Assembly (NCBI GenBank): GCA_002317595.1
Contig: DCHL01000103.1
Location: forward strand, 1-53,467
DNA: 53,467 nt
DNA from: Lachnospiraceae bacterium UBA1753
GTDB lineage: Bacteria; Bacillota; Clostridia; Lachnospirales; Lachnospiraceae
Direction of reading: 5' to 3'
Shown: piece by piece, positions 35,477 to 45,002 of the stretch
Layout of the letters: each line of letters opens with the position of its first letter
Position numbering within the stretch: the first letter of the stretch is position 1
Notes under the pieces: generated by a model
Database searches by the model: none
Told to the model about the DNA's origin: nothing
Seen by the model: only the letters and a program-made list of their open reading frames with translations
Program-made: the position numbers and the translations under genes

Positions 35477-36400
35477 GTGATTGAACAATTATCCGGCGTA
35501 CATGAAGTCGTCAGCTTTATGGAACAGACGCATCTGCGGCTGTATGAAAATAATACTGCGGAAAACTTTCCGACACACTGGCATAAGCCAGTTGAGATAA
35601 TTATGCCTACTGAAGGATGGTATGAGGCTACTATAGGAAATGACACGTTCAGAATACAGCCCTACGAAATCCTGTTTGTCTGTCCAAGCGTTCTGCACAG
35701 CATTGTTGCACCTGACAGAGGCACGAGAATCATCTTCCAGGTTGATATGTCTGTTGTAAGTGAAATATATGGACTCAACTCCATTATTTCATTACTTAAC
35801 CCATATGCCGTGTTCACACCTGAGAACGCTCCTGCAATACATGATGAACTTGTAAAAATCATTCTGGAAATAGTCAAGGAATACAGACAGAGCAGTGATC
35901 TTAACAATAAGCCAGTGCATAATCCAAAGGAATCACTTACTGTCAGCGACAACAGCATGTGCGAGCTGGCAATCTATGCTCTTATGATAAGAATGATTAC
36001 ATTAATCAGCCGCCACAGGATTCAGGCCAATCAGATTGATTCGCACAATCTTGATAAACAGCAGGAGTACATCAGTAAGTTCATGTCAATCTGTGAATAT
36101 ATTGACTCCCATTTTTCTGAGGATCTGTCACTGGAAGCAATTGCGGCCATGAGCAATTTCAGCAAGTACCACTTTTCACGCCTGTTTAAGGACTTTACCA
36201 ATATGTCCTTCTATAAATACGTGAACAGAAAACGCATTTCCTATGCTGAGCAGCTTCTCACAAACCCGAAGCTTTCAGCAACTGAGGTGGCGATCATGTC
36301 TGGATTCTCATCACAGTCAGCATTTATAAGAATGTTCAGGCAGTTTAACAACTGCACTCCTACTGAATTCAGGAAGATGCTTCAGCTTCATGAGTTCTGA
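35477..36400 (+). CDS. AraC-family transcriptional regulator (cupin-like sensor + HTH)
   Basis: GTG start with AAGGGGA upstream. The C-terminal AraC HTH is LSLEAIAAMSNFSKYHFSRLFKDFTNMSFYKYVNRKRISYAEQLL...SGFSSQSAFIRMFRQFNNCTPTEFR. It is divergent from the ABC operon. Confidence 0.85.
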   Translation: MIEQLSGVHEVVSFMEQTHLRLYENNTAENFPTHWHKPVEIIMPTEGWYEATIGNDTFRIQPYEILFVCPSVLHSIVAPDRGTRIIFQVDMSVVSEIYGLNSIISLLNPYAVFTPENAPAIHDELVKIILEIVKEYRQSSDLNNKPVHNPKESLTVSDNSMCELAIYALMIRMITLISRHRIQANQIDSHNLDKQQEYISKFMSICEYIDSHFSEDLSLEAIAAMSNFSKYHFSRLFKDFTNMSFYKYVNRKRISYAEQLLTNPKLSATEVAIMSGFSSQSAFIRMFRQFNNCTPTEFRKMLQLHEF

Positions 36401-37079
36401 CAAATTCTTTTCCTGATGGCAGGGACAGGCTCTCTGCCGTCAGGGCAATGGCACCTCTTTTTAACTCACATATCTTCGAATATTTTTTCTCGGCAGACAT
36501 CCCACCGTATTTTACATCTCCATATATCGGCATGCCGGCATTAGACAGCTGCACTCTTATCTGGTGATGTCGCCCTGTCTGCAGCTTTATTCTCAATCTG
36601 TAAAATCTGAATCCTGTTTCTGAATATACAGCATCAGCATTCTCACATGGGTCTGCCGTGAATTCAAGAACTGCCTTTTTTGCACCCTTCGTGCCCTCAC
36701 TTACAACGCAAGAGGTATTGCTCTTCGTGTCCTTCAGAAGATAATCCGTGAGTATCTGCCTTCCTTCAGGAATGACATCCTTTGAGCAGACTATAGCAGA
36801 ATATATCTTACATGCAGTCTTCTCCCTGAAATATCCCGAGAGCTCAGCTGCAGCTTTTGGCGTCTTTGCAAAAGCGACCAGTCCTGCAACGGGCTGGTCA
36901 AGTCTGTGAACTACGGCAAGATACGGCTCCCGTCCGGCATTCCCAGGCTTCTTTGCTAGATAGCTCTTCAAGAGACTTTCGAGGTCCTTTTCTGCTAACT
37001 TTCTGGTCTGAACAGCCACTCCTGCCGGCTTATCTGCCACAATTATCTCATTATCTTCGTAAACAATGCGAAGTTCCAT
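36369..37079 (-). CDS. RluA-family pseudouridine synthase
   Basis: IVYEDNEIIVADKPAGVAVQ, the catalytic Asp context HRLDQPVAGLV, and TGRHHQIRVQL. Confidence 0.8.
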   Translation of the reverse strand: MELRIVYEDNEIIVADKPAGVAVQTRKLAEKDLESLLKSYLAKKPGNAGREPYLAVVHRLDQPVAGLVAFAKTPKAAAELSGYFREKTACKIYSAIVCSKDVIPEGRQILTDYLLKDTKSNTSCVVSEGTKGAKKAVLEFTADPCENADAVYSETGFRFYRLRIKLQTGRHHQIRVQLSNAGMPIYGDVKYGGMSAEKKYSKICELKRGAIALTAESLSLPSGKEFVRTHEAEASS

Positions 37080-37096
37080 ATCTCTCCCGATGTAAA

Positions 37097-37786
37097 TTAA
37101 ACCTTGAATCTATAACCAACGCCCCAGATAGTCTCTATATACTGTGGGTTTGAAGTATCATACTCAATCTTCTCTCTGATTTTTTTGATATGGACTGTTA
37201 CAGTTGCGATATCACCAATCGATTCCATATCCCAGATATTTCTGAAGAGTTCATCCTTTGAAAAAACACGGTTTGGATTTGAAGCAAGGAAAGTAAGCAG
37301 GTCAAACTCCTTTGTCGTAAGCTGCTTCTCCTCGTTATTGAGGAATACCCTTCTTGCGGTCTTGTCAATCTTAAGTCCACGTATTTCTATAATATCATTC
37401 TGTGGCTGTGCCGCTGTCACGAGTCTTTCGTATCTGGTAAGATGCGCCTTCACCCTGGCCACCAGCTCATTTGGCGAAAAGGGCTTTGTCATATAGTCAT
37501 CAGCGCCAAGTCCAAGCCCACGAATCTTGTCAATGTCATCCTTCTTTGCAGATACCATCAGTATTGGTGTATTCTTGACCTCGCGAATTTTTTTGCATAT
37601 TGAAAATCCGTCAAGTCCTGGTAACATCAGGTCGAGAATATACAAATCAAAATCCTCGCCCATTGCTCTTTCAAGGCCCTTGTCTCCCTCGCTCTCTGTC
37701 ACGACGTCATATCCACTCATCTCAAGATAATCCTTCTCGAGGTCTGCAATTGCAACTTCATCTTCAATAATCAGTATTCTGCTCAT
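37097..37786 (-). CDS. OmpR-family response regulator
   Basis: Receiver domain (ILIIEDE, DLYILDLMLPGLDG, KPF) plus a winged-helix output (TKEFDLLTFLASNPNRVFSKDEL...GVGYRFK). Confidence 0.9.
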   Translation of the reverse strand: MSRILIIEDEVAIADLEKDYLEMSGYDVVTESEGDKGLERAMGEDFDLYILDLMLPGLDGFSICKKIREVKNTPILMVSAKKDDIDKIRGLGLGADDYMTKPFSPNELVARVKAHLTRYERLVTAAQPQNDIIEIRGLKIDKTARRVFLNNEEKQLTTKEFDLLTFLASNPNRVFSKDELFRNIWDMESIGDIATVTVHIKKIREKIEYDTSNPQYIETIWGVGYRFKV

Positions 37787-38937
37787 TTCTGTTCCTCATA
37801 CTTTCTCAATTCAATGTGCATTGTTGTTCCTTCTCCCACTGTGCTTGTCGCCCAGATTCGTCCTCCATGGTCTTCAACAATTTTCTTTACAATGGACAGA
37901 CCTATTCCGCTTCCACCAGTTGTGGAAGAGCGCGATGCGTCCGACCTGAAGAATCTGTCAAAAATCTGTGGCAGCTCCTTTGCCTGTATTCCCTGTCCAT
38001 TGTCCGATATCTCAATCAGCACAAATGTCTCTGCATCACGGAGGTTTATCCTTATTCGACCCTGTGCCTTATCGCTGTATTTTATCGAGTTACCGACAAT
38101 ATTGTTGATTACCTTGCGCAGCTGCTCGGAGTCTGCAATTATCTGCGTTCCCTCAGGCACATCGTTCCTGTATGTCAGACTGAAATTCCTGCTCTCAAGC
38201 TCTGCTCCAAGGTCATCCGTACAGTCCTGAAAATACTCTCCAATATCGATTTTGGCAAAATTGTATGGAATGCGGCTCTGATCAATGTGGGTGTAATACG
38301 TCAACTCATTAAGAAGCTTATCAAGCTCCCCTGCCTTGTTGTAGATTGTCCGCAGATATTTCTCCTGCTTCTCCGGAGTCACTGCTACTCCATCAAGAAG
38401 TCCCTCGGCATATCCCTTGATAGTGGTAATCGGCGTCTTCAGGTCATGGGTGATATTACTTATCAGCTGCCTGTTGAGTTCCTCATTCTCAATCTTGCCC
38501 TCTGCAGATTCCTTAAGCCTGCGTCTCATATCCTCAAAGTCCATACAGAGCTCATCCAGCTCATCATCATGTCCTGCTGGTTCGATGGTAAAGTCCAGAT
38601 CACCCTCGGCAATTCTCTTCGTCGCCTCCGACAGAACCTTAAGGGGCGACATGATATCACTGTACACTCTCGAATAGAGCAGTATTCCAAGCATTATCAG
38701 GATAAAAATTACACAGACCAGCATTCTCAGTGCTGTAATCTGAACCGATGGTACGAAATCACTGCCGTACTGGTTACGCATCTTTGATATTGCAAAATGG
38801 GACATTCCCACGCCCACCATCGCAATTATTACATTTGCAATGATTGTTCCGAGAACAAAGGTGACAATCATTCTCTTCTTCAGTTTTGAATTCGGCTTAT
38901 CGCAGTCGCAATTTCCGTCTTTTTTAAACATTTTCAT
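37783..38937 (-). CDS. Sensor histidine kinase (two TM, HAMP, HisKA, HATPase_c)
   Basis: H-box SNITHDLKTPIT, N-box NIVGNSIKY and G-boxes DNGQGI / GGSGIGLSIV. 4-nt overlap with the regulator gene. The start is uncertain (38991, 38937 or 38931). Confidence 0.85.
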   Translation of the reverse strand: MKMFKKDGNCDCDKPNSKLKKRMIVTFVLGTIIANVIIAMVGVGMSHFAISKMRNQYGSDFVPSVQITALRMLVCVIFILIMLGILLYSRVYSDIMSPLKVLSEATKRIAEGDLDFTIEPAGHDDELDELCMDFEDMRRRLKESAEGKIENEELNRQLISNITHDLKTPITTIKGYAEGLLDGVAVTPEKQEKYLRTIYNKAGELDKLLNELTYYTHIDQSRIPYNFAKIDIGEYFQDCTDDLGAELESRNFSLTYRNDVPEGTQIIADSEQLRKVINNIVGNSIKYSDKAQGRIRINLRDAETFVLIEISDNGQGIQAKELPQIFDRFFRSDASRSSTTGGSGIGLSIVKKIVEDHGGRIWATSTVGEGTTMHIELRKYEEQK

Positions 38938-39005
38938 AAGAGATAGTATACGACAGTTGTTAGCAGTAAAGGTTAAACTTTTTATAAACAATAATTAAAA
39001 TGAAA

Positions 39006-40160
39006 TTAAGCGAAGAACTTATCATTTCCAGCAATCAGCTCGTATATCCTTGCTGTGAGTGTCACCGGGTCATCTGTTCCCCTGCAGAAAATATTTTTTT
39101 CTGCATCATACGTGAATTCCAGCTGTGTAGCGCATACCTTTTCATACTCACCTCTGAGCTCATCTGTCCACAGATTAAAGGCATCATATATTCTCCCGAG
39201 TTCAAAGGCAGGTGAGTTATACCCATACGCAAAGAGATTGTATTTTACATCGAGCTTTGACTTCACTCTTGTACCGTCAAGCTTCCTGTCAGCATCAGCA
39301 AGCTTCTCGATATATGGAACTGACGATGTGTAGGAAAGATATTTCCGAAACTGCGACGAGCCAAGGAACCCTATTTCCTTATAGTTTTCCTTAAGGATTA
39401 CAAATCCATAGGCACTGAAAGAATTGTAGCCCTCCTCCTTATATGCCATCGATGGCCTTCCAATCTTTTCCTGAACATCAGATTTGAGGTCCCTGTATAT
39501 TCTTCCAAAATAACTGATCAGGCCGTTCTGGTCATTTGCCGTGAAATGTCCGACCCTGCCATCAGCCCTAACCTTCATATTCTGAGGAAGGCGGGCAATG
39601 AATCGCTCGAGCCTCTCCTCAATGTCCTTATCTTCACGGTAATTATTTATCATTGCGCCCGCTGCCGCAAACCAGAGCTGATGGTTGAAGGTCACATCAA
39701 TTCCAAGAACTTCATTTTTTGTATTGCGGCGAAACCACAGGCCTAATCTTTCATTAAATGGCACAACGTTGAACAGGAGTGATGCTCTCGCGTAGTACTT
39801 GTCATCTCCTGTAACCCTTGCAGCATAAATCAATCCTTCAATAATCCATGCAGGCCCAATCACTCCATTCACCTCATCAGGACCTGATGTATCACGGCAT
39901 TTATAAACTCCGAGACCATTGTGATACGGCGAATCCATAATTGCGTCAGCCAGCGTCACAACAATATTTTTATACCTTTCTTCACCAGTGTGTCTGAAAT
40001 ACTCAGCAAATACCACACACCAGTGTGCCATATTTCTCACGTTTGTTTCGTTGTTGTAGTAGGGACCGTTATTTCCGGAGATGACGGCAGACGCACCAAT
40101 ATTTTCTATCTGCTGCGCCATATCGAGAGCAACTTTGTTAACTGTTTCATATAATTTCAT
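39006..40160 (-). CDS. Hypothetical cytoplasmic protein, possibly an (alpha/alpha)6-barrel epimerase/hydrolase-like fold
   Basis: About 384 aa with no signal peptide. Repeated aromatic/Gly-rich helical hairpin motifs (GPAWIIEGLIYAARVTGDDKYYARA, NHQLWFAAAGAM) recall AGE/GH-type barrels, but that is only a recollection. GAGG lies 6 nt before the ATG at 40160. Confidence 0.45.
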   Translation of the reverse strand: MKLYETVNKVALDMAQQIENIGASAVISGNNGPYYNNETNVRNMAHWCVVFAEYFRHTGEERYKNIVVTLADAIMDSPYHNGLGVYKCRDTSGPDEVNGVIGPAWIIEGLIYAARVTGDDKYYARASLLFNVVPFNERLGLWFRRNTKNEVLGIDVTFNHQLWFAAAGAMINNYREDKDIEERLERFIARLPQNMKVRADGRVGHFTANDQNGLISYFGRIYRDLKSDVQEKIGRPSMAYKEEGYNSFSAYGFVILKENYKEIGFLGSSQFRKYLSYTSSVPYIEKLADADRKLDGTRVKSKLDVKYNLFAYGYNSPAFELGRIYDAFNLWTDELRGEYEKVCATQLEFTYDAEKNIFCRGTDDPVTLTARIYELIAGNDKFFA

Positions 40161-40195
40161 ATCAGACCTCATTTTCAATCTGCACATATTCTATA

Positions 40196-40237
40196 AAATA
40201 ATTTAAACAGCGGCCCACGGATAATCCGTGAACCGCT
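40196..40237 (-). terminator. Terminator after the DAACS symporter gene
   Basis: On the minus strand, AGCGGTTCACGGA-TTA-TCCGTGGGCCGCT is followed by GTTTAAATTATTTTAT. Confidence 0.6.
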
Positions 40238-40264
40238 TTCATTCTGAATAATTCAGTCCAGTAC

Positions 40265-41473
40265 CTATTTCTTTTCTGTCACATTCTTAAGCGTATGCTT
40301 GAGAACGGTACTGCAGGCAAGGTCACCAAGTACGTTTACACAGGTTGCGCCCATATCAGCAAGTGTATTTACGCTGATGTAAACACCAAGAATTGTGTTA
40401 AGTGGAAGTCCTGCGATAGGTGCAAGTGCTGCAAATGCTGCAATGGCACCACCGGGAACACCAGGTGTACCGATACTGAGAAGTACGTTACATGCAAGGA
40501 TTGTAACCATTGTACCTGTTGTGAGCGGTACGCCACATGCAGATGCAAAGAATGTAATCATAAAACTCATAACGATGGAAACAGCGTCCATGTTGATTGT
40601 TGCACCAAGAGGAAGTGTAAGGGATGTAATCTCCTCAGGAATCTCAAGGTTTTCTGTTGCACACTTCATACTGATGGGAAGTGTAGCCGATGATGAGCAT
40701 GTTCCGAAAGCATTGAGCGCTGCAGGTGCAACACCCTTGAAGAACTTAATGGGGCTATACTTACCGGCAATCTTAACCATTCCACCATAAATGAGAATTG
40801 CATAGAGAGCATAGGTAATATACAGGGCAATCATAACCTGTGCAAGCTGAATCATTGTCTCGGTTCCGTTCATATGCATAACGGTTGCAATACAGCAGAG
40901 GACACCAACGGGTGTGAAAAGCATTACCTTGCTTACAACAAGAATCGAAATCTCATTAACTGAGTTGCATAAGTCAATGAAGGGCTTTGCCTTATCCTTA
41001 AGGCTTAAGCATGCAAGACCAATGATTACTGCAAATGCAAGTACCTGAAGCATATTTCCGTTTGTGAAGCTCGCAAAAGGATTTGAAGGAATGATGCTTG
41101 TTACTGTATCAAGAAGACCACTGAAGGTTGCTGCCTCTACTTCTGTGTCTGTTGCAACGATTGTTGCATTCTCACCAAGATGAAGAATCTTGGGTAAGAT
41201 AAGACCAAGTCCAGATGCGAATGCGGTTGTGCCTACATACCAAAGAATTGCATGAAGACCAATCTTTCCTGTCTTTGCAATGTTTCCAATTCCTACGATT
41301 CCAAGCACGAGGCTGCAGAATACGAGAGGATAAATCATCATCTTCAGTGCTGCCATATAGATGGTGGCAACAATACTAAGAGGTGTGTTTAACCAGTCAG
41401 GCATGATAATGCCGATGATAACTCCCAGCACCAGACAGATGGCAATCCATAATGTCACGTTGTACTTTTTCAT
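40265..41473 (-). CDS. Dicarboxylate/amino acid:cation symporter (DAACS family)
   Basis: 402 aa, polytopic. It has the signature CSSSATLPIS and the typical C-terminal hairpin region. Confidence 0.9.
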   Translation of the reverse strand: MKKYNVTLWIAICLVLGVIIGIIMPDWLNTPLSIVATIYMAALKMMIYPLVFCSLVLGIVGIGNIAKTGKIGLHAILWYVGTTAFASGLGLILPKILHLGENATIVATDTEVEAATFSGLLDTVTSIIPSNPFASFTNGNMLQVLAFAVIIGLACLSLKDKAKPFIDLCNSVNEISILVVSKVMLFTPVGVLCCIATVMHMNGTETMIQLAQVMIALYITYALYAILIYGGMVKIAGKYSPIKFFKGVAPAALNAFGTCSSSATLPISMKCATENLEIPEEITSLTLPLGATINMDAVSIVMSFMITFFASACGVPLTTGTMVTILACNVLLSIGTPGVPGGAIAAFAALAPIAGLPLNTILGVYISVNTLADMGATCVNVLGDLACSTVLKHTLKNVTEKK

Positions 41474-41547
41474 TTTAATATCCTTTCTCCCATTTGTTCA
41501 TTTTATACATTACAACTGCTTAATTATAAATGAAACAGCCTGAAATG

Positions 41548-42372
41548 TCATTTCTTTTTAATATCGGGACAATCTGCATCCGTTTTAATGTCGCACCGGT
41601 CAGCAAGAGCCGGAAAACCAGATCTGTATTCCCGAACCCTATCTGTTTCTATTTCCGCCTTAAGAATCCCTGGTCTGTCATCGAGTTCTTTAACGATTGT
41701 CCCATCCGGTGACACAATCATACTATGCCCGGCATGCCGCACTCCGCAAAGCTCCCCTGCACAGTTGCAGGAAATAAGATAACTCTGGTTCTCAAGTGCC
41801 CTGACCTGATTAAAGAGTCTCCAATGTTCAAGTCTTGCCTCGGGCCAGTCGGATACTACAAGAAGTATTTCTGTTCCCGCATCAGTCATTGCCCTGAACT
41901 GCTCTGGGAAACGCAGGTCATAGCATGTCGCAAGACCGACACAGCCAAAATCTGTCTTTGCTGTAGCAATGCCGCTGCCAGCTTCAAGGAGCTTCGTCTC
42001 CTTAGATTCATATCCGAATAGATGCAGCTTATCGTAGGTCTGCAGCAAGGATCCATCTCTTCCAAACAGCATGGAGGTATTGTAATATTTCCCTTCCCTG
42101 CAGGTTATCATGCTGCCACCAAGAATATAGGAATTCAGCTTACGGGCTGCCTCAGATATCATTCTGGCAGTCTCACCGCTGTAATCCTCAGCGGAAGAGT
42201 AATACGCTTCGTAGTCAAAGAATCCACAGGGCCACAACTCGGGAAGCAGGATAATGTCAGCATCTCCCTCTGACATTTCTGAGAGAATTCTGTTCACCCG
42301 TTCTCTTCTTTTTTCGATTGTCTCACCGTCACTTACATCAAGCTGAATGGAACAGACACGTACAGTACTCAA
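41548..42372 (-). CDS. Carbon-nitrogen hydrolase (nitrilase superfamily) protein
   Basis: Catalytic triad contexts are LPELW (Glu), a Lys region, and the Cys in ATCYDLRFPE. TTG start. Confidence 0.85.
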   Translation of the reverse strand: MSTVRVCSIQLDVSDGETIEKRRERVNRILSEMSEGDADIILLPELWPCGFFDYEAYYSSAEDYSGETARMISEAARKLNSYILGGSMITCREGKYYNTSMLFGRDGSLLQTYDKLHLFGYESKETKLLEAGSGIATAKTDFGCVGLATCYDLRFPEQFRAMTDAGTEILLVVSDWPEARLEHWRLFNQVRALENQSYLISCNCAGELCGVRHAGHSMIVSPDGTIVKELDDRPGILKAEIETDRVREYRSGFPALADRCDIKTDADCPDIKKK

Positions 42373-42384
42373 TATTTTCCCTCA

Positions 42385-43431
42385 CTATTTTTTCTGACCA
42401 TATACTTCGTTGTATAGATGGAAGCCGCCATCTACAATGACCTCATCCATATTGTCCGCTGTAACGGCAACTGGTTCAAGCAGGATGGCCGGAACCGTCT
42501 TCAGTCCATTATCCATCTCGGTCTCAGCTTCAACGTTCCCGGTTTTTATGAGCTCAATGGTTCTGTTTGCCGCTTCCCTTGCCAGTGTCTCAACAGATTT
42601 ATACACTGTCATGCTCTGCCAGCCGTTGACTATTCTCTGACAGGCAGCGAGGTCCGCATCCTGTCCGACCATAATAACAGAATCTGTCATTCCGCGTTCC
42701 GAAAGCGCCTTATATACCATCGTTGCAATATCATCATTTCCACACATGATGGCATCGTATTTTATCCTGTCATTCAGGATACCATCCATAATCTCGTAGG
42801 CATGCTCCGCCTCCCAGTTCGGACAGTAATCTGTATATACAATTGCAAGACCTGTGTCATCTATTACAGAATGAAAGCCTTCCTGCACCTCTGATACATT
42901 GTTATCCTGCTCAGATCCGTTAATGCTAATTATTCTTCCGTTTGGCTTTACATCCTTTACAATCTCCTGTGCCATCAGCTGGCCAACCTTTCGGTTATCA
43001 AAGGTTACCAGAAGGTCTATATCTGCATCGAGAACCATTCGGTCATAGGAGACAACATATATTCCGGCATCTTTTGCCTTGGCAATCACATCTGTAAGTG
43101 TTGAGCAGTCAACAGCGACAATAACAATCGCATCCATTTCCTTCTCAATGAAGTATTCTATCTGTGCAATCTGCTCTTTGACATCACCATCGGCGACCTG
43201 TACCAGAACTTCTGCTCCCTGCTCCTTGGCTGTTGATACAAAGACATCCCTGTCTCTCTGCCATCTCTCGATTACGAAGGAGTCAAAACTCATACCAATT
43301 CTTATGGTGTCGTCATCCTGTGTCTCTTTCTGTCCAGTTTTCTCACCCGAAGCACAGCCGGAAAGCATTGAAACCGTCATTACAAAAACCAGCAATGTAC
43401 ATACGGCCTTCCATATTTTTCTTTTCATCAT
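42385..43431 (-). CDS. Periplasmic-binding-protein type I sugar-binding lipoprotein (xylose/ribose-binding-like)
   Basis: Lipobox LSGC. IRIGMSFDSFVIERWQRDRDVF... is a typical PBP-I fold sequence. 4-nt overlap with the upstream regulator gene. Confidence 0.85.
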   Translation of the reverse strand: MMKRKIWKAVCTLLVFVMTVSMLSGCASGEKTGQKETQDDDTIRIGMSFDSFVIERWQRDRDVFVSTAKEQGAEVLVQVADGDVKEQIAQIEYFIEKEMDAIVIVAVDCSTLTDVIAKAKDAGIYVVSYDRMVLDADIDLLVTFDNRKVGQLMAQEIVKDVKPNGRIISINGSEQDNNVSEVQEGFHSVIDDTGLAIVYTDYCPNWEAEHAYEIMDGILNDRIKYDAIMCGNDDIATMVYKALSERGMTDSVIMVGQDADLAACQRIVNGWQSMTVYKSVETLAREAANRTIELIKTGNVEAETEMDNGLKTVPAILLEPVAVTADNMDEVIVDGGFHLYNEVYGQKK

Positions 43432-45002
43432 GCTTTCCTCTCTCTGTATTCTCCAGGTGTCATTCCCTCATATTTTTTAAACGAACGACTAAAATAATTT
43501 GGATCAGAGTATCCTACGCTCACACAGATTTCCTTAACTGACTGTTCTGTAGTCTCAAGAAGACGCTTTGCATGCTCCATTCTCGTTCCCGTGAGATATT
43601 CGATGAAGTTTCTTCCTGTCTTCTCCTTGAACAGCTTACTGAAGTAATAGGGGCTGATATACACCATCTCCGAGATATCATTCAGGGTGATATTCTCCAT
43701 GTAGTGCTGCTCGATATAGAGCCTTGCCTGCTCCATACTCGATACGGAGGCCTCTTCCTTCTCCTCGATATTTTTCATCATGGATTCAGATAGCTTACTC
43801 AGGAACCAGGATTTTAATTCATCCATTGAATTCATTCCATTGAGCGTCTCCAGGTATCCATGTCGATCCATGAAATGGTAGGTGCGGCCTCCCGTGTGGA
43901 ACATCAGGTAGTCCACCCGAAGTACAAGTTCAAGGGCCTTCAGTTTCACATCGCTGAAATCGTCTGAATGATAATATTCCATCCAACCAAAGAATCCTTC
44001 GGCATATTTAAGGGCAAGCTCTGCATCTCCAGCCTCTGCAGCATCATATATTGCATACTCTTCATCCTGTGGATAGCCTTCCTCCCAGTGTTTTCCAATG
44101 GGGAGGTCCGAGAAGTGTGCGACGCTTCCGCTCTTCTCACCAATTGCCGCAACTGCCTGAGTATATGAATCTGCCAACTGGCATATGGGCATTATGCTTC
44201 CAATTCCAATTTCAATGCTAATTCCGAGTATTTTCTCAAGCCGCTCCTGCAGCTCGGATACTCTGTTAATTATCTGAAGTCTTGCAGCATATTCATCCTG
44301 TGGCTCATTGACAAGAACGGCTGTCAGCTCACGCTTTCCCATCTGCTGGCTCACGCAGTCCCTGAACAGCTCCTTATACAGTGCCTTGATTTTTCCGGAA
44401 TACCCGACTAACTCCACACTACTGTCAGGATTATCATCTATGTTGTAGTCCGCAACAATAAAATATCCATGCGTCTTCTCAACGCCAAGAAGCCTCATAT
44501 AATTCGAGGTGACTGACATCCAGTCCTGATGAAGAAGAATGGAATAGATAAATCCTGCTTCAAGCATCGGAATGGCAGCATCAAGACGTTCCCTAAGCAT
44601 GAGATCCTCTCGCCTTTGAGACTTTTCCTTGTCTATCTCCGCCATCAGTGACCTGATTTCCGTCACAAGCTGCTGCCTATTGATGGGCTTGGTCAGATAT
44701 CCGCTGACGCCTATACTAAGCGCCTTCTGCACATATTCGAAATTGTCATAGGCTGTGAGCATCAGAAACTTTCCACTGGAGTGGTCCTTCCTGATTTCCT
44801 TGATGGCATCAAGTCCGTTTATTCCCGGCATCTGGATATCCATGAGTATTATCTCAGGCCTAAAGGTCTCAAACACCTCAATGGCAATTCTTCCCGACGC
44901 AGCCGTCTCTATGCTAATTTCATCCCCAAATTCTTTCTGAAGTATAATCCTGAGTCCATTCAGCTCAAGACCTTCATCATCAACAACTAGTATTCTGTAC
45001 AT
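43428..45002 (-). CDS. Response regulator with AraC-type output domain (YesN-like)
   Basis: Receiver (ILVVDDE, ILMDIQMPGINGLD, KPI), a long linker, and the C-terminal AraC HTH (ITLNDISEMVYISPYYFSKLFKEKTGRNFIEYL...GYSDPNYFSRSFKKYEGMTPGEYR). Confidence 0.9.
   Translation of the reverse strand: MYRILVVDDEGLELNGLRIILQKEFGDEISIETAASGRIAIEVFETFRPEIILMDIQMPGINGLDAIKEIRKDHSSGKFLMLTAYDNFEYVQKALSIGVSGYLTKPINRQQLVTEIRSLMAEIDKEKSQRREDLMLRERLDAAIPMLEAGFIYSILLHQDWMSVTSNYMRLLGVEKTHGYFIVADYNIDDNPDSSVELVGYSGKIKALYKELFRDCVSQQMGKRELTAVLVNEPQDEYAARLQIINRVSELQERLEKILGISIEIGIGSIMPICQLADSYTQAVAAIGEKSGSVAHFSDLPIGKHWEEGYPQDEEYAIYDAAEAGDAELALKYAEGFFGWMEYYHSDDFSDVKLKALELVLRVDYLMFHTGGRTYHFMDRHGYLETLNGMNSMDELKSWFLSKLSESMMKNIEEKEEASVSSMEQARLYIEQHYMENITLNDISEMVYISPYYFSKLFKEKTGRNFIEYLTGTRMEHAKRLLETTEQSVKEICVSVGYSDPNYFSRSFKKYEGMTPGEYRERKA

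Noticed and set aside
37816-38787. Long antisense ORFs inside real genes: 323 aa opposite the histidine kinase, 192 aa opposite ftsH (17846-18424), 186 aa opposite ackA (26095-26655), 181 aa opposite the LytS-type kinase (45317-45862) and 170 aa opposite the PucR gene (52351-52863).
   Set aside because: These are shadow ORFs of strongly supported genes. They have no motifs and no start signals, and their composition is low-complexity or Ser/Leu/Cys-rich, as is typical for antisense frames.
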